Shown here: piece after piece, positions 18,102-27,581 of the stretch | Layout of the letters: every line of letters starts with the position of its first letter | Position numbering within the stretch: position 1 is the first letter of the stretch | Virus record (IMG/VR): IMGVR_UViG_3300020020_000029 | Location: 2,527-66,526 of that record | Reading direction: 5' to 3' (one strand) | DNA length: 64,000 nt | Source of the DNA: a virus | Program-made: the position numbers and the translations under genes | Notes under the pieces: model-generated | Told to the model about the DNA's origin: nothing | Database searches by the model: none | The model's input: only the letters and a program-made list of their open reading frames with translations

Positions 18102-18500
18102 CTATCTATTAGCGAATACTTTAGAGATTTTCTCTAGCGATCTGCCGCCAACATAAGCAACAACTACCCATCCGGCCCATTCTCCTACCATGCCTAGAAT
18201 AGGATCAGTTGTTCCCCAGCCTAGTACTTTATCGTATACAATAACTTTCCAGAAATAAATAATTACAGGAAAAGCCAATAGGGGTCTAATTATAGCTGTG
18301 TACCATCTACCCTGCTCGGCTATAATTAATTTATTAGCTTCTGCGCGAGCTAGTATTTCAGCGTTTATCTCCGCGATAGCTAGCTCAGTAGCTTTAGCGT
18401 CTTGTGTATTAGACGCTTCTATCTTTAGTTTGTAAGCGTCTACAAGCCCTTTTATTACAGAACCACCTAAGAAATTAAGCAGTATCGTCAGGAACGGCAT
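18102..18500 (-). CDS. Holin (GTA 3TM-like)
   Basis: IRPL...P, YFWKV..YD, YVGGRSLEKI; directly after the endolysin. Confidence 0.75.
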   Translation of the reverse strand: MPFLTILLNFLGGSVIKGLVDAYKLKIEASNTQDAKATELAIAEINAEILARAEANKLIIAEQGRWYTAIIRPLLAFPVIIYFWKVIVYDKVLGWGTTDPILGMVGEWAGWVVVAYVGGRSLEKISKVFANR

Positions 18501-19440
18501 TTGTAGTATCTCCTATAGGAGGATTACCCTCAGAAGGTGTTGCTCTACCTTCGACTATATCTTTCTTCATAAGATACTGCATATAGATACAGAATGCAAT
18601 CGCAGCAATCGCGACTGCTATAATACCCCATGCGCCTACTGTGTCCGCTGTTTGTTTAATAGTGTCTACTGCGGTCTTAGTAGACTCTAAACTCATGCTA
18701 TCCGCGATCTTATAAGTGACAGTACCTCCTAAGCCTAGCCAAGTAGCTATGCGCTGTATCCAATTAGTCGCATAGGATTTCCTAGATACTTTAGTGAGTT
18801 CCTTTGTAGTTGGAGGCGCGGGGATAGCTTTTGGCGCTTGGGCTGCGACTACGCTCATATCTTCTTCTGGAACAGCCTCGCCTGTCTTCTCTAATATAAT
18901 CTTAAATACAGGCATAACTCCAGGCTGAACGTCTGCAACGCTAGGATCAAATACATGATCCGCTACATATTTGCCTCTAACATACTGGTTAGTTCCAGAC
19001 CAAAGATAGGGCGAAGGTATTCCTCTCGCTTGGTAGCCAAACCCATTAAACTGCTCGCTTCTATAGGCGCATTGCTCAATAGTCCAATTTTTAACTTTAT
19101 CATAGCCCTTCATCTTTAGAGCGTCTATAGCGCTCTCTTCAAAAGAGAAAGGTGGTTTTCCTAATGGGCGACCAGCGGGAACTCTATAGGTTCTACCACT
19201 AAGAGGATCGCCATTATGTAAGTGTCTATTGAAGTTACAGTTTGACTCTCTAAGATGTAGCATACCTATGAAATACCAAGGCACACCTGTCTTGGATTCT
19301 AAATCTTTGTATATATCTTTGTGTTTGATTATTTTATCTGCTACTTGCTCTAGGCCAGGGCGTCTCGAAGAATGAATAACCATATTATCCCACTTAGTGG
19401 AATAATTACCCCTAAGACGCTCATATGTATAGTTAGCCAT
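18475..19440 (-). CDS. Endolysin (lysozyme-like) with C-terminal hydrophobic segments
   Basis: TGVPWYFIG.LH.RES..NF..HLHNGDPL, F.ESAIDAL, EQFNGFGY, PSPYLWSGT..Y..GKYVAD. Confidence 0.85.
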   Translation of the reverse strand: MANYTYERLRGNYSTKWDNMVIHSSRRPGLEQVADKIIKHKDIYKDLESKTGVPWYFIGMLHLRESNCNFNRHLHNGDPLSGRTYRVPAGRPLGKPPFSFEESAIDALKMKGYDKVKNWTIEQCAYRSEQFNGFGYQARGIPSPYLWSGTNQYVRGKYVADHVFDPSVADVQPGVMPVFKIILEKTGEAVPEEDMSVVAAQAPKAIPAPPTTKELTKVSRKSYATNWIQRIATWLGLGGTVTYKIADSMSLESTKTAVDTIKQTADTVGAWGIIAVAIAAIAFCIYMQYLMKKDIVEGRATPSEGNPPIGDTTNAVPDDTA

Positions 19441-19716
19441 TTATTTTACTCCTAAATACTCTCTGAGTTCTTCTTTAGTTAGACCAAGTGAATTTAATTT
19501 AGTCTCTGTAGTTGGTAGCTCTTCTAGTTCAGCAGGATTAAATTCTCTTATTTTTATTTTGACTAGCTCGTAGTCTACAGTTTCTGCAACAGCGCTCCAA
19601 GTTGCTCTATTATTTATGTCTACGATAGACACACTTTTTATGTGTGGACCAAGCGCTTTTTGTAGATACTTGTGTAATTTAAATGCTGTGTTATTAAAAG
19701 GGTTCATTACATCCAC
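19441..19716 (-). CDS. Small protein after the fibre gene (possible fibre chaperone)
   Basis: Position; C-terminal KL..LGLT.EEL motif. Confidence 0.5.
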   Translation of the reverse strand: MDVMNPFNNTAFKLHKYLQKALGPHIKSVSIVDINNRATWSAVAETVDYELVKIKIREFNPAELEELPTTETKLNSLGLTKEELREYLGVK

Positions 19717-20753
19717 AAGCCCACGTATAAACCGTTTTGAACAATCGGAGGTACGCCACTATCCCCAAAGAAAGTGGCAACAGATACACCCCCAGTAGCA
19801 AACCCATAGTACTCTAAAGCTTGTATAAATCCAAATCCCAAATAAGTAAAAGTATAAGAGCCGAAAATAGGTGCTGCTCTTTGCGCGGGCGCAGGAGTGT
19901 TTATGTTTGTAAATCCAGTTCTGCCTGAGAATATAGTAATTGAGTTAAGGCCCACTCCGCAAGCTATGAAACCATTAAGTGTAGCAGAATCCACTATGCC
20001 GTCAGTAGCGTAATCAGCGAATAGAGGACTCTCTTGTATGCCTTGAATAAATGAGACTCTATTCCCTGTGCTGTTATTTACTGAGTGACCTGTACCAGGA
20101 GATGGATTTTCAGTAGCCAATGTCCAAGTGTTTGTTGCTTCTGTTATTAAACAAGAATGCTCTGCTCTATTAAAATAATTAAATAAGAGCAAAGATGCTG
20201 GATCGCCACCAGCAGCATTTCCACCAAAATCCATTTCTGTTTGACCGTCGGCAGAGGCTCTAAACGAGCCTAAATAGAGTGCATCGCCTGCTGCAACTGT
20301 AAGAGTATCACTTGCACCGTTGCCATATCTAAACAGCATAGAAGATGTGTTTACAAGGGCGGTATTTGCGAATGATCGCCCTGTGGCTGGTAATATATCA
20401 GTAGTCCAAGCGGGACCGCTGCCTATGCGGTTTACAGGAGGGGATACGGTTTCATCTTTAACATACCAAATGTCAAAGTTTTTGCCTGATTGGTGATACC
20501 CTGTGTGGGCGGGATTACTATCTAGATTAAGCGATAACCCAAGAGGTAGCCAATAAATAATCGTAGCTGCGTTTATGGTAGACGTAGGAATTAATAAAGT
20601 TGAGCTTAGAGACAGCCTAGCCTTAGTTAGACTTAAAATTAATTCATTAGTATATAGACCAAGAGTGCCTACTCCGCCAATACTATTAATGGCGTCTTGA
20701 AGAGCTATGGGCACTCCAGTTTGATATACAACAAATCTTTCTGCTTCAGCCAT
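19707..20753 (-). CDS. Fibre/receptor-binding-like virion protein
   Basis: G/S/T/N-rich beta composition; GPAWTTD, ALYLGSFR.....QT, LFNYFNR. Confidence 0.6.
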   Translation of the reverse strand: MAEAERFVVYQTGVPIALQDAINSIGGVGTLGLYTNELILSLTKARLSLSSTLLIPTSTINAATIIYWLPLGLSLNLDSNPAHTGYHQSGKNFDIWYVKDETVSPPVNRIGSGPAWTTDILPATGRSFANTALVNTSSMLFRYGNGASDTLTVAAGDALYLGSFRASADGQTEMDFGGNAAGGDPASLLLFNYFNRAEHSCLITEATNTWTLATENPSPGTGHSVNNSTGNRVSFIQGIQESPLFADYATDGIVDSATLNGFIACGVGLNSITIFSGRTGFTNINTPAPAQRAAPIFGSYTFTYLGFGFIQALEYYGFATGGVSVATFFGDSGVPPIVQNGLYVGLWM

Positions 20754-20772
20754 AGTTTTATATACAACTTTG

Positions 20773-20800
20773 AAACAAAAACCCTATCGTTTAGATAGGG
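20773..20800 (-). terminator. Intrinsic terminator of the replication operon
   Basis: CCCTATC-TAAAC-GATAGGG followed by TTTTTGTTT on the minus strand. Confidence 0.7.
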
Positions 20801-20837
20801 GGAGTGCAGCAGTTAGTCAATCGATACTTAGTGTATC

Positions 20838-21344
20838 TTACTTCTTAGTAAAGGCTGCCGCTGGGATTAACTTTCCAATAGAGATTAGCGCCTGTTTATA
20901 TGCTTCGATTTCATGCTGTTGTTTTGCTACAAGCTCATTTAGTGATGCTGTTGTTTTTTGGACCCCTTTAATAGTATTTTCAAGCTGGGTATTTCTCACG
21001 ACTAATTGATCCATCTCAACTGTGCTTATAACCGCAGAAGGCTCTGGAAACTTACCTGTCAGCTCACAGATTTCATTGAAAAACTCTACTGAGCTTTTAA
21101 TGTGGTGAAGCTTGAGAACAGGCATACCTTCTATGTTCTCTTTATTTATTTCATTAACTGTTTGTGTTACAGTTACTCTCCAAAGATCATGCGGATAGAA
21201 TTTATCAGGGCTTATTTTTTCCTTTGGGTCAATATCTTGAATAACACACCTATGCTCAATGCAATAAGATGCGACTTCCCACTTTTGCTTGTTAGATAAG
21301 TAGGTCTGCTTGCGGGTCTTCGGGTTTTCTGTCTTCGTTAGCAT
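20838..21344 (-). CDS. Hypothetical protein with a C-terminal coiled coil
   Basis: ORF with SD AAGGAG. Confidence 0.7.
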   Translation of the reverse strand: MLTKTENPKTRKQTYLSNKQKWEVASYCIEHRCVIQDIDPKEKISPDKFYPHDLWRVTVTQTVNEINKENIEGMPVLKLHHIKSSVEFFNEICELTGKFPEPSAVISTVEMDQLVVRNTQLENTIKGVQKTTASLNELVAKQQHEIEAYKQALISIGKLIPAAAFTKK

Positions 21345-22800
21345 CTTTCATCTCCTTGGCTAGTGTATTAGGTCTTAGACCTAGTTCGCGAGAGTAGCCC
21401 ATTAATGCCATGGCCCCCTCTTCCTTCTTAATCAAAGCTTGGATCATGTATCGATCCATCTTTGAGGCATACATATCAAAGTAGCTAATAGGGAAGTCTC
21501 TCCCAAATTTCTCTGGTCTGCTTTCAGATTGCATTCTATTGAGCAAACTAAAATCATTCTCATAGAATATCATATTAGTGCAAGGGTTGTCGTCTGGCCC
21601 GCATAGTGTGTGCCCAAATGAGAGTGTCTGTAATTGTGCGATCATTACATTATGATCGGAGTTAAACTTTGCTTTCTCTTGCTCCGGAGTAGTGTGCAGC
21701 TTAGATAAAGGCCCTTGGCCCAACAAGAGTGCGCATTTATATCCATCGCGCTCTAGTACTCTCTTAATGTTAATCGCGCTAAGAACAAACCTACAGGGGA
21801 TAATTACCTTATCGCTTACTTCGCTGTCTAGTATCTCTCTAACGATACGAATGCGAGGGTTGTCCGCAGGGTCAATAAGATTGTGTTGGTTGCCCTCAAT
21901 GTCCCCCGCGATGCCGCTGGATATTTGTTGAAGCCTTAGATACCTAGTGAGTGCGATAGGCGCTGAGATTTTAACATCGTTAGCGAGTTCAAATATAAGC
22001 TCGTCTTCCATTTGTTTGTATTGCTTCTCCAGCTCTCTTGTGAGCCTAACTCTACGCATAGGCTCATATATTTTCTCAAAGCCCTTAAGATATTTATCTG
22101 GAGCTATGTAACAAAACGGCGCCATGCTAGCGCGAAGATGCTCAGTGTTTACGTTATTTAATACTTGCTTGCCGAGGTATCCACCATACTGCACATAGTA
22201 GTGTCTAAAAGAGTAGTAAGTTAATTTAGTAGCCCCTATAGCATTAAGCTGCGACCACATATCTGCGTTACTATTAGCAGAAGGCTTTCCTGATAGTATT
22301 CTAACATAGGCGCAAAGGTGCGCTACAGAGTGACAAGCTTTAGCTGCTTTTGTAGAAGGCTCCTTAATTTTAGTGCTTTCGTCTAACACTAGAAAAGTAA
22401 TGCCAGGGTCGAATAGAGGAAAATCTTCGTCTTCTACAAGAGCGTTCATGCTCTCATAGTTGATAATCATAGCTCCGAATTTTTGGTTCTTTTTGTAATA
22501 TTTCTTAATCTTAGCTTTGTTGGAGCTTTCATATATAATAACAGGGAACATCGGGGTCACTTCCTCGATGTCATTCTTCCATTGCTCTTTGAGTGAATTA
22601 GGGCAAACTACCATGAACCATTTACATTTGCCCTCTTTGCGAAGTAATTGAAACTCTGCATAGGCTGTCCAAGTTTTGCCTAAGCGTTGACGCATAAAAT
22701 AGGCAAAACCGGGCTTGCCGTAGCCCGCTTGTAGCGCTTCTAACTGGACCTCTCTAGGATTATTTGGAAAGGGCCAAGAGTGCATCAGGTTCTCGGTCAT
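21292..22800 (-). CDS. SNF2-family helicase
   Basis: M.QRLGKT, VVCP.S, LDESTKIK, LSGKP, LQQISSG, QSESR. Confidence 0.88.
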   Translation of the reverse strand: MTENLMHSWPFPNNPREVQLEALQAGYGKPGFAYFMRQRLGKTWTAYAEFQLLRKEGKCKWFMVVCPNSLKEQWKNDIEEVTPMFPVIIYESSNKAKIKKYYKKNQKFGAMIINYESMNALVEDEDFPLFDPGITFLVLDESTKIKEPSTKAAKACHSVAHLCAYVRILSGKPSANSNADMWSQLNAIGATKLTYYSFRHYYVQYGGYLGKQVLNNVNTEHLRASMAPFCYIAPDKYLKGFEKIYEPMRRVRLTRELEKQYKQMEDELIFELANDVKISAPIALTRYLRLQQISSGIAGDIEGNQHNLIDPADNPRIRIVREILDSEVSDKVIIPCRFVLSAINIKRVLERDGYKCALLLGQGPLSKLHTTPEQEKAKFNSDHNVMIAQLQTLSFGHTLCGPDDNPCTNMIFYENDFSLLNRMQSESRPEKFGRDFPISYFDMYASKMDRYMIQALIKKEEGAMALMGYSRELGLRPNTLAKEMKDANEDRKPEDPQADLLI

Positions 22801-23272
22801 ATTTTATGTCTTCTTCCCCGCGTTTGCTTGGGATGCGTGGTATAGGCACACCTGCAAACAGCTGTTGTATGTCGAACTTACGTTCATTGCCTTGATATTT
22901 AACATAAGAGCAATCCGTTAAGAAAGTGTTACTGAACTCATAGAATAAAGGTGTGCCGTACTTGACTAAAGCAGCTGTATATACATTTTGATATTTTAGC
23001 CCTATTAAACCCATCGCGCTATATGGAACCACGTTATCGCACGATCTAATCCAGTGGATTTGCGGCTCTGTAAACTGTGGTTTTCTGTGAAATTTATCTC
23101 TTTTTACTTCTCCGAGCCACTTGGCCTCTAAGAGAATTGGCATATATCCTGGTAATACTACATACAAGTCGGGTAGCCCACTTATCATAGGCGCAGCAAT
23201 ACTAAAAGAATAGCCTTTATAAGTGGTTACAGACTTTTTAATGGCTAGTTTAAAATCTGCTTCGTTTTTCAT
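22760..23272 (-). CDS. PD-(D/E)XK nuclease (VRR-NUC/Holliday junction resolvase-like)
   Basis: NE..F, GLPDL, LLEAK, Q..WI. Confidence 0.75.
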   Translation of the reverse strand: MKNEADFKLAIKKSVTTYKGYSFSIAAPMISGLPDLYVVLPGYMPILLEAKWLGEVKRDKFHRKPQFTEPQIHWIRSCDNVVPYSAMGLIGLKYQNVYTAALVKYGTPLFYEFSNTFLTDCSYVKYQGNERKFDIQQLFAGVPIPRIPSKRGEEDIKYDREPDALLALSK

Positions 23273-23444
23273 ATTCCTTGTCCTTTATTTTCAGTCCTCT
23301 ATAAAATTTATTCAAATCTGGTACTGACTTAAGTCTTACGTTGCTTTCATAATAACTAAGAGCATCATATTCATCGTAGCTTCTTAAAGAGCCGTCAGGC
23401 TTCCTTATTGTGTTTATATATTGGAAGTATTCAATCAGTCCCAT
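23250..23444 (-). CDS. Small hypothetical protein
   Basis: Coupled ORF between polA and the nuclease. Confidence 0.5.
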   Translation of the reverse strand: MGLIEYFQYINTIRKPDGSLRSYDEYDALSYYESNVRLKSVPDLNKFYRGLKIKDKEYEKRSRF

Positions 23445-25239
23445 AGGTGGCCTCGCTCCAATCGTCGCCTATTTTATAGTCTACTGTGAATGGTATCTTC
23501 AAATTAAAGGGAGGTACTTGAACATTCACTAATATATCTCTTATTGTTTCTACCAGATATTTATAATCTTTGTGTATGAGAAAAGCTACGCTATCGTGAA
23601 TGGTTAATATCATTTGACAGACTTCTTCGAGATTATTATTAACTAAATATTTGTCTATTTCTACTAGTTTGTATTTAAGTATATCAGCTGAGCCACCCTG
23701 AACTATTCTATTAGCCGCCCTATAGCAGTAATCAGGATGGTCAAATCTAGAGCGCCTACCTAGGAGAGTTTTAACGTACCCTCTAGTTTGGGCTACGGTT
23801 TCTGCTTTCTTAGTAAAATCGCTAACCCTAGAAAATGTCTTATGCCAAAGGTTGTATATATCGTAAGCTGCTTGTAGAGATATACCTAATTGAAGCGCAA
23901 GTTTCTTTGCTCCCATCGTGTATAACATACCAAGATTTAGGTTTTTTGCTACGTCTCTACTAACTCCCATATATTCAGCAGCTATGGCGTGCATATCTAT
24001 AATAGGCTCAGAAGTATATCCCTTTAAAAGCGCGGGCTCGTTAGAATAGTGTGTATATAGCCTTGGCTCAGCTTGAGAATAATCGTATTCAATGAATATA
24101 TAATTATTATCAGGCACAAACATGCTACGATAGATTCTTCCAAGGATGTAATCTCTCTTAGGAACTTGTTGCATATTAGGATAATTAGAAGAAAGACGGC
24201 CAGAACGAGTTCCATGTGTCTCGCCTCGGGTCTGATTGAACGTAGTGTGTAGTTTATTCTCGTGGAGAAATTTATCTAATACGTCTAAGAACATACTCTT
24301 TAGCGTGGCTATCTTTCTAACATTAAGTATATTTCTACCCTCTTCGCTTAGAGCAAGAAAATTCTTATTAAAAGATGGTTGACCATTAGGATAAGACATA
24401 GACGGAGCTGTCATGGGCCAGTCGGTTATTTCACAAAATTCAAAGTACTCTTTGAGGTCATTTTTAGAACGTACATTAATAGGAGTAATAGCTCCAAATT
24501 CATCTTCATTTACAGGTATTTTAGCGAAAGCTTCCCAATACATTTCATCGACTTGTTTCTTGACTTGTTCGCACCTATTAGGGTCTACTTTAATTCCCCT
24601 GCGCTCCATCTTTTGAAGAACGTATGTAAGCTCTCTTTCAACGCTACATACCAAATCAAGCTCTTCTCTATAAAGTGCTTTTTTCTGCGCTTCAAATACT
24701 TGCTTAGTCGTAATTGTATCCCCTGCTGCATATTCAATGGCGATGGGGTCGTCACCGCTAAGGCGATGAAAATCACCCATAGCATTACGAGTTGGCTTGC
24801 ATCCAGTTTGTCTAGATATATGCTCATAGAGCCTCTTTCCAAACTTGGGTTGAACGTCGTAGTTTTTGCACACGTTCTCTAAAGAGTAGCTGAACCTGTT
24901 CTCGTCTAAAAGGCATTCATCAACCATTGTATCAGCAACTTTATTACCAAGATTAATACCGTGGTTCTGCGAAAAATGCATATCAAATTTTATATTATGC
25001 CCAACAATACGGCCGGTATGATTATTAACGCTGCGATTAAGATTAAGCTCGAATAAATCAGGATCGCTAATGTTCCCGCCGCCAGCATGACGAACAGGAA
25101 CATAAACGGCATCAACGCCATCAGACACAGAATATCCCACCACATGTTTTGTTTTCCAGTCTAGGCCGTTGGTTTCAACGTCATATGCGGGCTCTTTAGT
25201 GCTGTCTAATATTTTGAAGAATTTTTCTTCTAGGGACAT
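23431..25239 (-). CDS. polA: Family A DNA polymerase with 3'-5' exonuclease domain
   Basis: ExoI DVET, ExoII HNIKFD, ExoIII YAAGD, SGRLSS..PNMQQ, motif A DYSQAEPR, motif B AKNLNLGMLY, motif C IHDS. Confidence 0.95.
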   Translation of the reverse strand: MSLEEKFFKILDSTKEPAYDVETNGLDWKTKHVVGYSVSDGVDAVYVPVRHAGGGNISDPDLFELNLNRSVNNHTGRIVGHNIKFDMHFSQNHGINLGNKVADTMVDECLLDENRFSYSLENVCKNYDVQPKFGKRLYEHISRQTGCKPTRNAMGDFHRLSGDDPIAIEYAAGDTITTKQVFEAQKKALYREELDLVCSVERELTYVLQKMERRGIKVDPNRCEQVKKQVDEMYWEAFAKIPVNEDEFGAITPINVRSKNDLKEYFEFCEITDWPMTAPSMSYPNGQPSFNKNFLALSEEGRNILNVRKIATLKSMFLDVLDKFLHENKLHTTFNQTRGETHGTRSGRLSSNYPNMQQVPKRDYILGRIYRSMFVPDNNYIFIEYDYSQAEPRLYTHYSNEPALLKGYTSEPIIDMHAIAAEYMGVSRDVAKNLNLGMLYTMGAKKLALQLGISLQAAYDIYNLWHKTFSRVSDFTKKAETVAQTRGYVKTLLGRRSRFDHPDYCYRAANRIVQGGSADILKYKLVEIDKYLVNNNLEEVCQMILTIHDSVAFLIHKDYKYLVETIRDILVNVQVPPFNLKIPFTVDYKIGDDWSEATYGTD

Positions 25240-25514
25240 TTTTGTTTACGCCATTCCATCGCTTTGGCTGACATTTCTCTTAATGTTATAGGAACGGCAC
25301 CATAAGATATAGCTAATTTTCTTTTGCTCATTGCTATATCATAGTGTACATGTCCCTGCCCTAATCCTTCATGCTGGCACCATTTACGCGCTATGCCTAT
25401 TCTATTGGCCATATCATGTAATTCTTGCTCAGTATCCGCCATTAAATGAGACATTTTCATGCGGCCAAATCTACCTATTGGATATTTATACATATCGTCT
25501 ATATATACAGTCAT
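25230..25514 (-). CDS. DUF4031-like protein
   Basis: MTVYIDD, MSHLMADT..ELH.MA..IG..RKW.Q, HYDI..SKR.LAI..GA. Confidence 0.8.
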   Translation of the reverse strand: MTVYIDDMYKYPIGRFGRMKMSHLMADTEQELHDMANRIGIARKWCQHEGLGQGHVHYDIAMSKRKLAISYGAVPITLREMSAKAMEWRKQKCP

Positions 25515-25515
25515 T

Positions 25516-25591
25516 TGGTTGTCCCGGCAGGACTCGAACCTACAACCAATCGGTTATGAGCCGATGGCTCTGACCATTGAGCTACGGGACA
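25516..25591 (-). tRNA. tRNA-CAT (probably Ile2, lysidine type; Met not excluded)
   Basis: Cloverleaf TGTCCCG/CGGGACA, anticodon arm ATCGG-CTCATAA-CCGAT, GTTCGAG, ACCA end; C4-G69 and C5-G68. Confidence 0.9.
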
Positions 25592-25595
25592 CCAT

Positions 25596-25672
25596 TGGTG
25601 CCCTAGGTGAGATTCGAACTCACACTGGACGGATTTTAAATCCGTTTTCTCTGCCATTTGGAATACTAGGGC
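25596..25672 (-). tRNA. tRNA-Leu(TAA) with a short variable arm
   Basis: GCCCTAG/CTAGGGC, ACGGA-TTTAAAA-TCCGT, GTGAG-TTCGAAT-CTCAC, ACCA. Confidence 0.88.
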
Positions 25673-26017
25673 CTATTCATGATCTGTTGGAGGACGGCTC
25701 TCCACAGGCTCTTGGCCTGCTTCCTTATATTTACTTTTTCTTTCTATGTTTAAATCATCTATATCTTTTGCTAACTCGTAGCTCATCTTAGAGTCTATAA
25801 GCCCAGCAGAGCTGACTTTACTTAATAGTATTACTTGCTCTCCGCATGGAGCATTTATAGAATGTATATCTTCGTCCTCTCGGTAGTTTCTACCGTATTG
25901 GTCTTTACCAATTTTGGTTTTAAATTTATTTAGCTCCGCTTGAGCCTGCTCCATGTTTTCGAAAATTATTCTTTTTATGATACCGACGCCGATGGTTATT
26001 TCCATTATAACTGACAT
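25673..26017 (-). CDS. Hypothetical protein
   Basis: SD GGAG. Confidence 0.65.
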   Translation of the reverse strand: MSVIMEITIGVGIIKRIIFENMEQAQAELNKFKTKIGKDQYGRNYREDEDIHSINAPCGEQVILLSKVSSAGLIDSKMSYELAKDIDDLNIERKSKYKEAGQEPVESRPPTDHE

Positions 26018-26020
26018 GGT

Positions 26021-26218
26021 TCACTCCGCTGCTTCTGCGTATTTAAAGCTAGGGCTGTCGCTGGTAGTGTCTTTTGTTTTCCTGCCTGCCAGCCTATCTT
26101 GGCGCCAATTGTGATACTGTGAGCTGTATTTGTATGGCGTCTTTGCGTACTTGGTGTACGGTGATGGGGCGTTGCCATTGCGCATGGAACGCCCTTTAGA
26201 CTTCACTCTCTTAGACAT
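26021..26218 (-). CDS. Small basic hypothetical protein
   Basis: SD AAGGA before MSKRVKSKG; start uncertain. Confidence 0.55.
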   Translation of the reverse strand: MSKRVKSKGRSMRNGNAPSPYTKYAKTPYKYSSQYHNWRQDRLAGRKTKDTTSDSPSFKYAEAAE

Positions 26219-26327
26219 GACAACGATCATCCTTCTCAGCGTGTTTCTCAGCGTATATTTGAGCATGGTGTCAGCCCTCACTCACTCACGTTTACTTACC
26301 CCAAGAAAATTGACTAACTTAATAGGT

Positions 26328-26395
26328 GGGAGTGCGGATACGCTTCACATTTGTCCGCACTCCCTAGCGCCTAATTAGGAGCAAATTAGGCGCTA
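26328..26395. other. Two back-to-back hairpins after the SSB-like gene
   Basis: GGGAGTGCGGA...TCCGCACTCCC (26328-26364) and TAGCGCCTAATT...AATTAGGCGCTA (26365-26395). Confidence 0.7.
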
Positions 26396-27256
26396 AAACG
26401 GAATTTCGTCATCTACCTTCGGTGTCATCTCCTCTTGGTCGTATTCGACCTTGAAGTCGCCATACATATCGGCAACTTTCTTGGCTTGCTCGTATGCCTC
26501 TTTAGAGGCATATCCGATTAGATTAAAAGCGGGCACCGTCCATTTATTACCGTCTTTGTGCTTTTCCTCGACGGAGGCCCTGACACCAAGGCACCAGATA
26601 GGCCGTCCGCCCTTAGCCTGCATGGCAAGTGCAGTATTGAGCTGCTTACCGTTGGGTAGCCCTGTTTTATTCACCAACATAACACAGGGGCTCAGCTCCG
26701 GTCTAGCGGGAAGGTAACACAGATATTCATAAGAGATAACCGCAGCCGGTGCAGAATGCGGATCGTCTGGGTCCATTGTCCCAAACTCGGTAAGTTTCGA
26801 GTTTATAACGTTGCTGCCTGTTTTCCAAATAACAGGCTCTTTCTTGCCTTTGATCTTAACCCTGAACTCTTGATTGCCGCCGGTATCCCAATCTACAGCA
26901 TTCTTGGAGAAAGCCAAGATACCACCGTTTTGATCTTCCCTTGGGCGGAAGAGAATTACTCTCTTTGCAGCCACTGTTGGGATAAAATCGAAGGTTGTGC
27001 CTAGAGATATATTCAGTCCTGTGTGCCAATAATTGTTTGGCAAAGCCAGACCTGGGTTAGACGTAACTTGTGGGCTCAACGGCTGTAAGAGGATAATTCG
27101 AGGGGTTTTATAGTCGTCTTTCCCTAGCGCCTCTAGTCCTGTCTTACCTATATCTTTAGGTAGATAATCAGGTACGCTATCCAACGGAACAATCAATGGG
27201 CTCGATGAAGATGTCACTAATTCTTTCGATTGGTCTTTCGCTGTTTTGGTCGCCAT
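26393..27256 (-). CDS. ssDNA-binding/annealing protein
   Basis: PRI.LLQ.LSPQV motif; acidic tail VDDEIPF; located in the replication module. Confidence 0.7.
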   Translation of the reverse strand: MATKTAKDQSKELVTSSSSPLIVPLDSVPDYLPKDIGKTGLEALGKDDYKTPRIILLQPLSPQVTSNPGLALPNNYWHTGLNISLGTTFDFIPTVAAKRVILFRPREDQNGGILAFSKNAVDWDTGGNQEFRVKIKGKKEPVIWKTGSNVINSKLTEFGTMDPDDPHSAPAAVISYEYLCYLPARPELSPCVMLVNKTGLPNGKQLNTALAMQAKGGRPIWCLGVRASVEEKHKDGNKWTVPAFNLIGYASKEAYEQAKKVADMYGDFKVEYDQEEMTPKVDDEIPF

Positions 27257-27581
27257 CTTTCTTCTCCTGTTTAGACTTTGCTGCTCGGTAGTCGTGCTCT
27301 GATAATTGTCTAACAGACGTAGGGAAATATTTTAACATTCTATAGGGTAGATTGCCACTCTTAGAGGCTTTAACTATCATATATTCACACACTCCTATGC
27401 CTAGTCTTTTTTGAAAAAGATACCCCTTCAACCCTATAGAGGCGTCGTACGCTATTCTCCCAGCTTGCCTGCTTAGAACAGATTCACCTAAATTATATCC
27501 TATATAATATATAAATGTTTCATGTACGTTGGCTGTTTCTATGAATCTCTTGAGGTCTGCTAGGTTACAAACTGTGCTCAT
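27177..27581 (-). CDS. Hypothetical protein
   Basis: ORF; FIYYIG.....YLFQKR motif. Confidence 0.6.
   Translation of the reverse strand: MSTVCNLADLKRFIETANVHETFIYYIGYNLGESVLSRQAGRIAYDASIGLKGYLFQKRLGIGVCEYMIVKASKSGNLPYRMLKYFPTSVRQLSEHDYRAAKSKQEKKDGDQNSERPIERISDIFIEPIDCSVG

Noticed and set aside
25516-25672. tRNAs as prophage attachment sites or host boundary
   Set aside because: Phage replication genes flank both sides, no integrase is seen and there is no duplicated tRNA 3' end.
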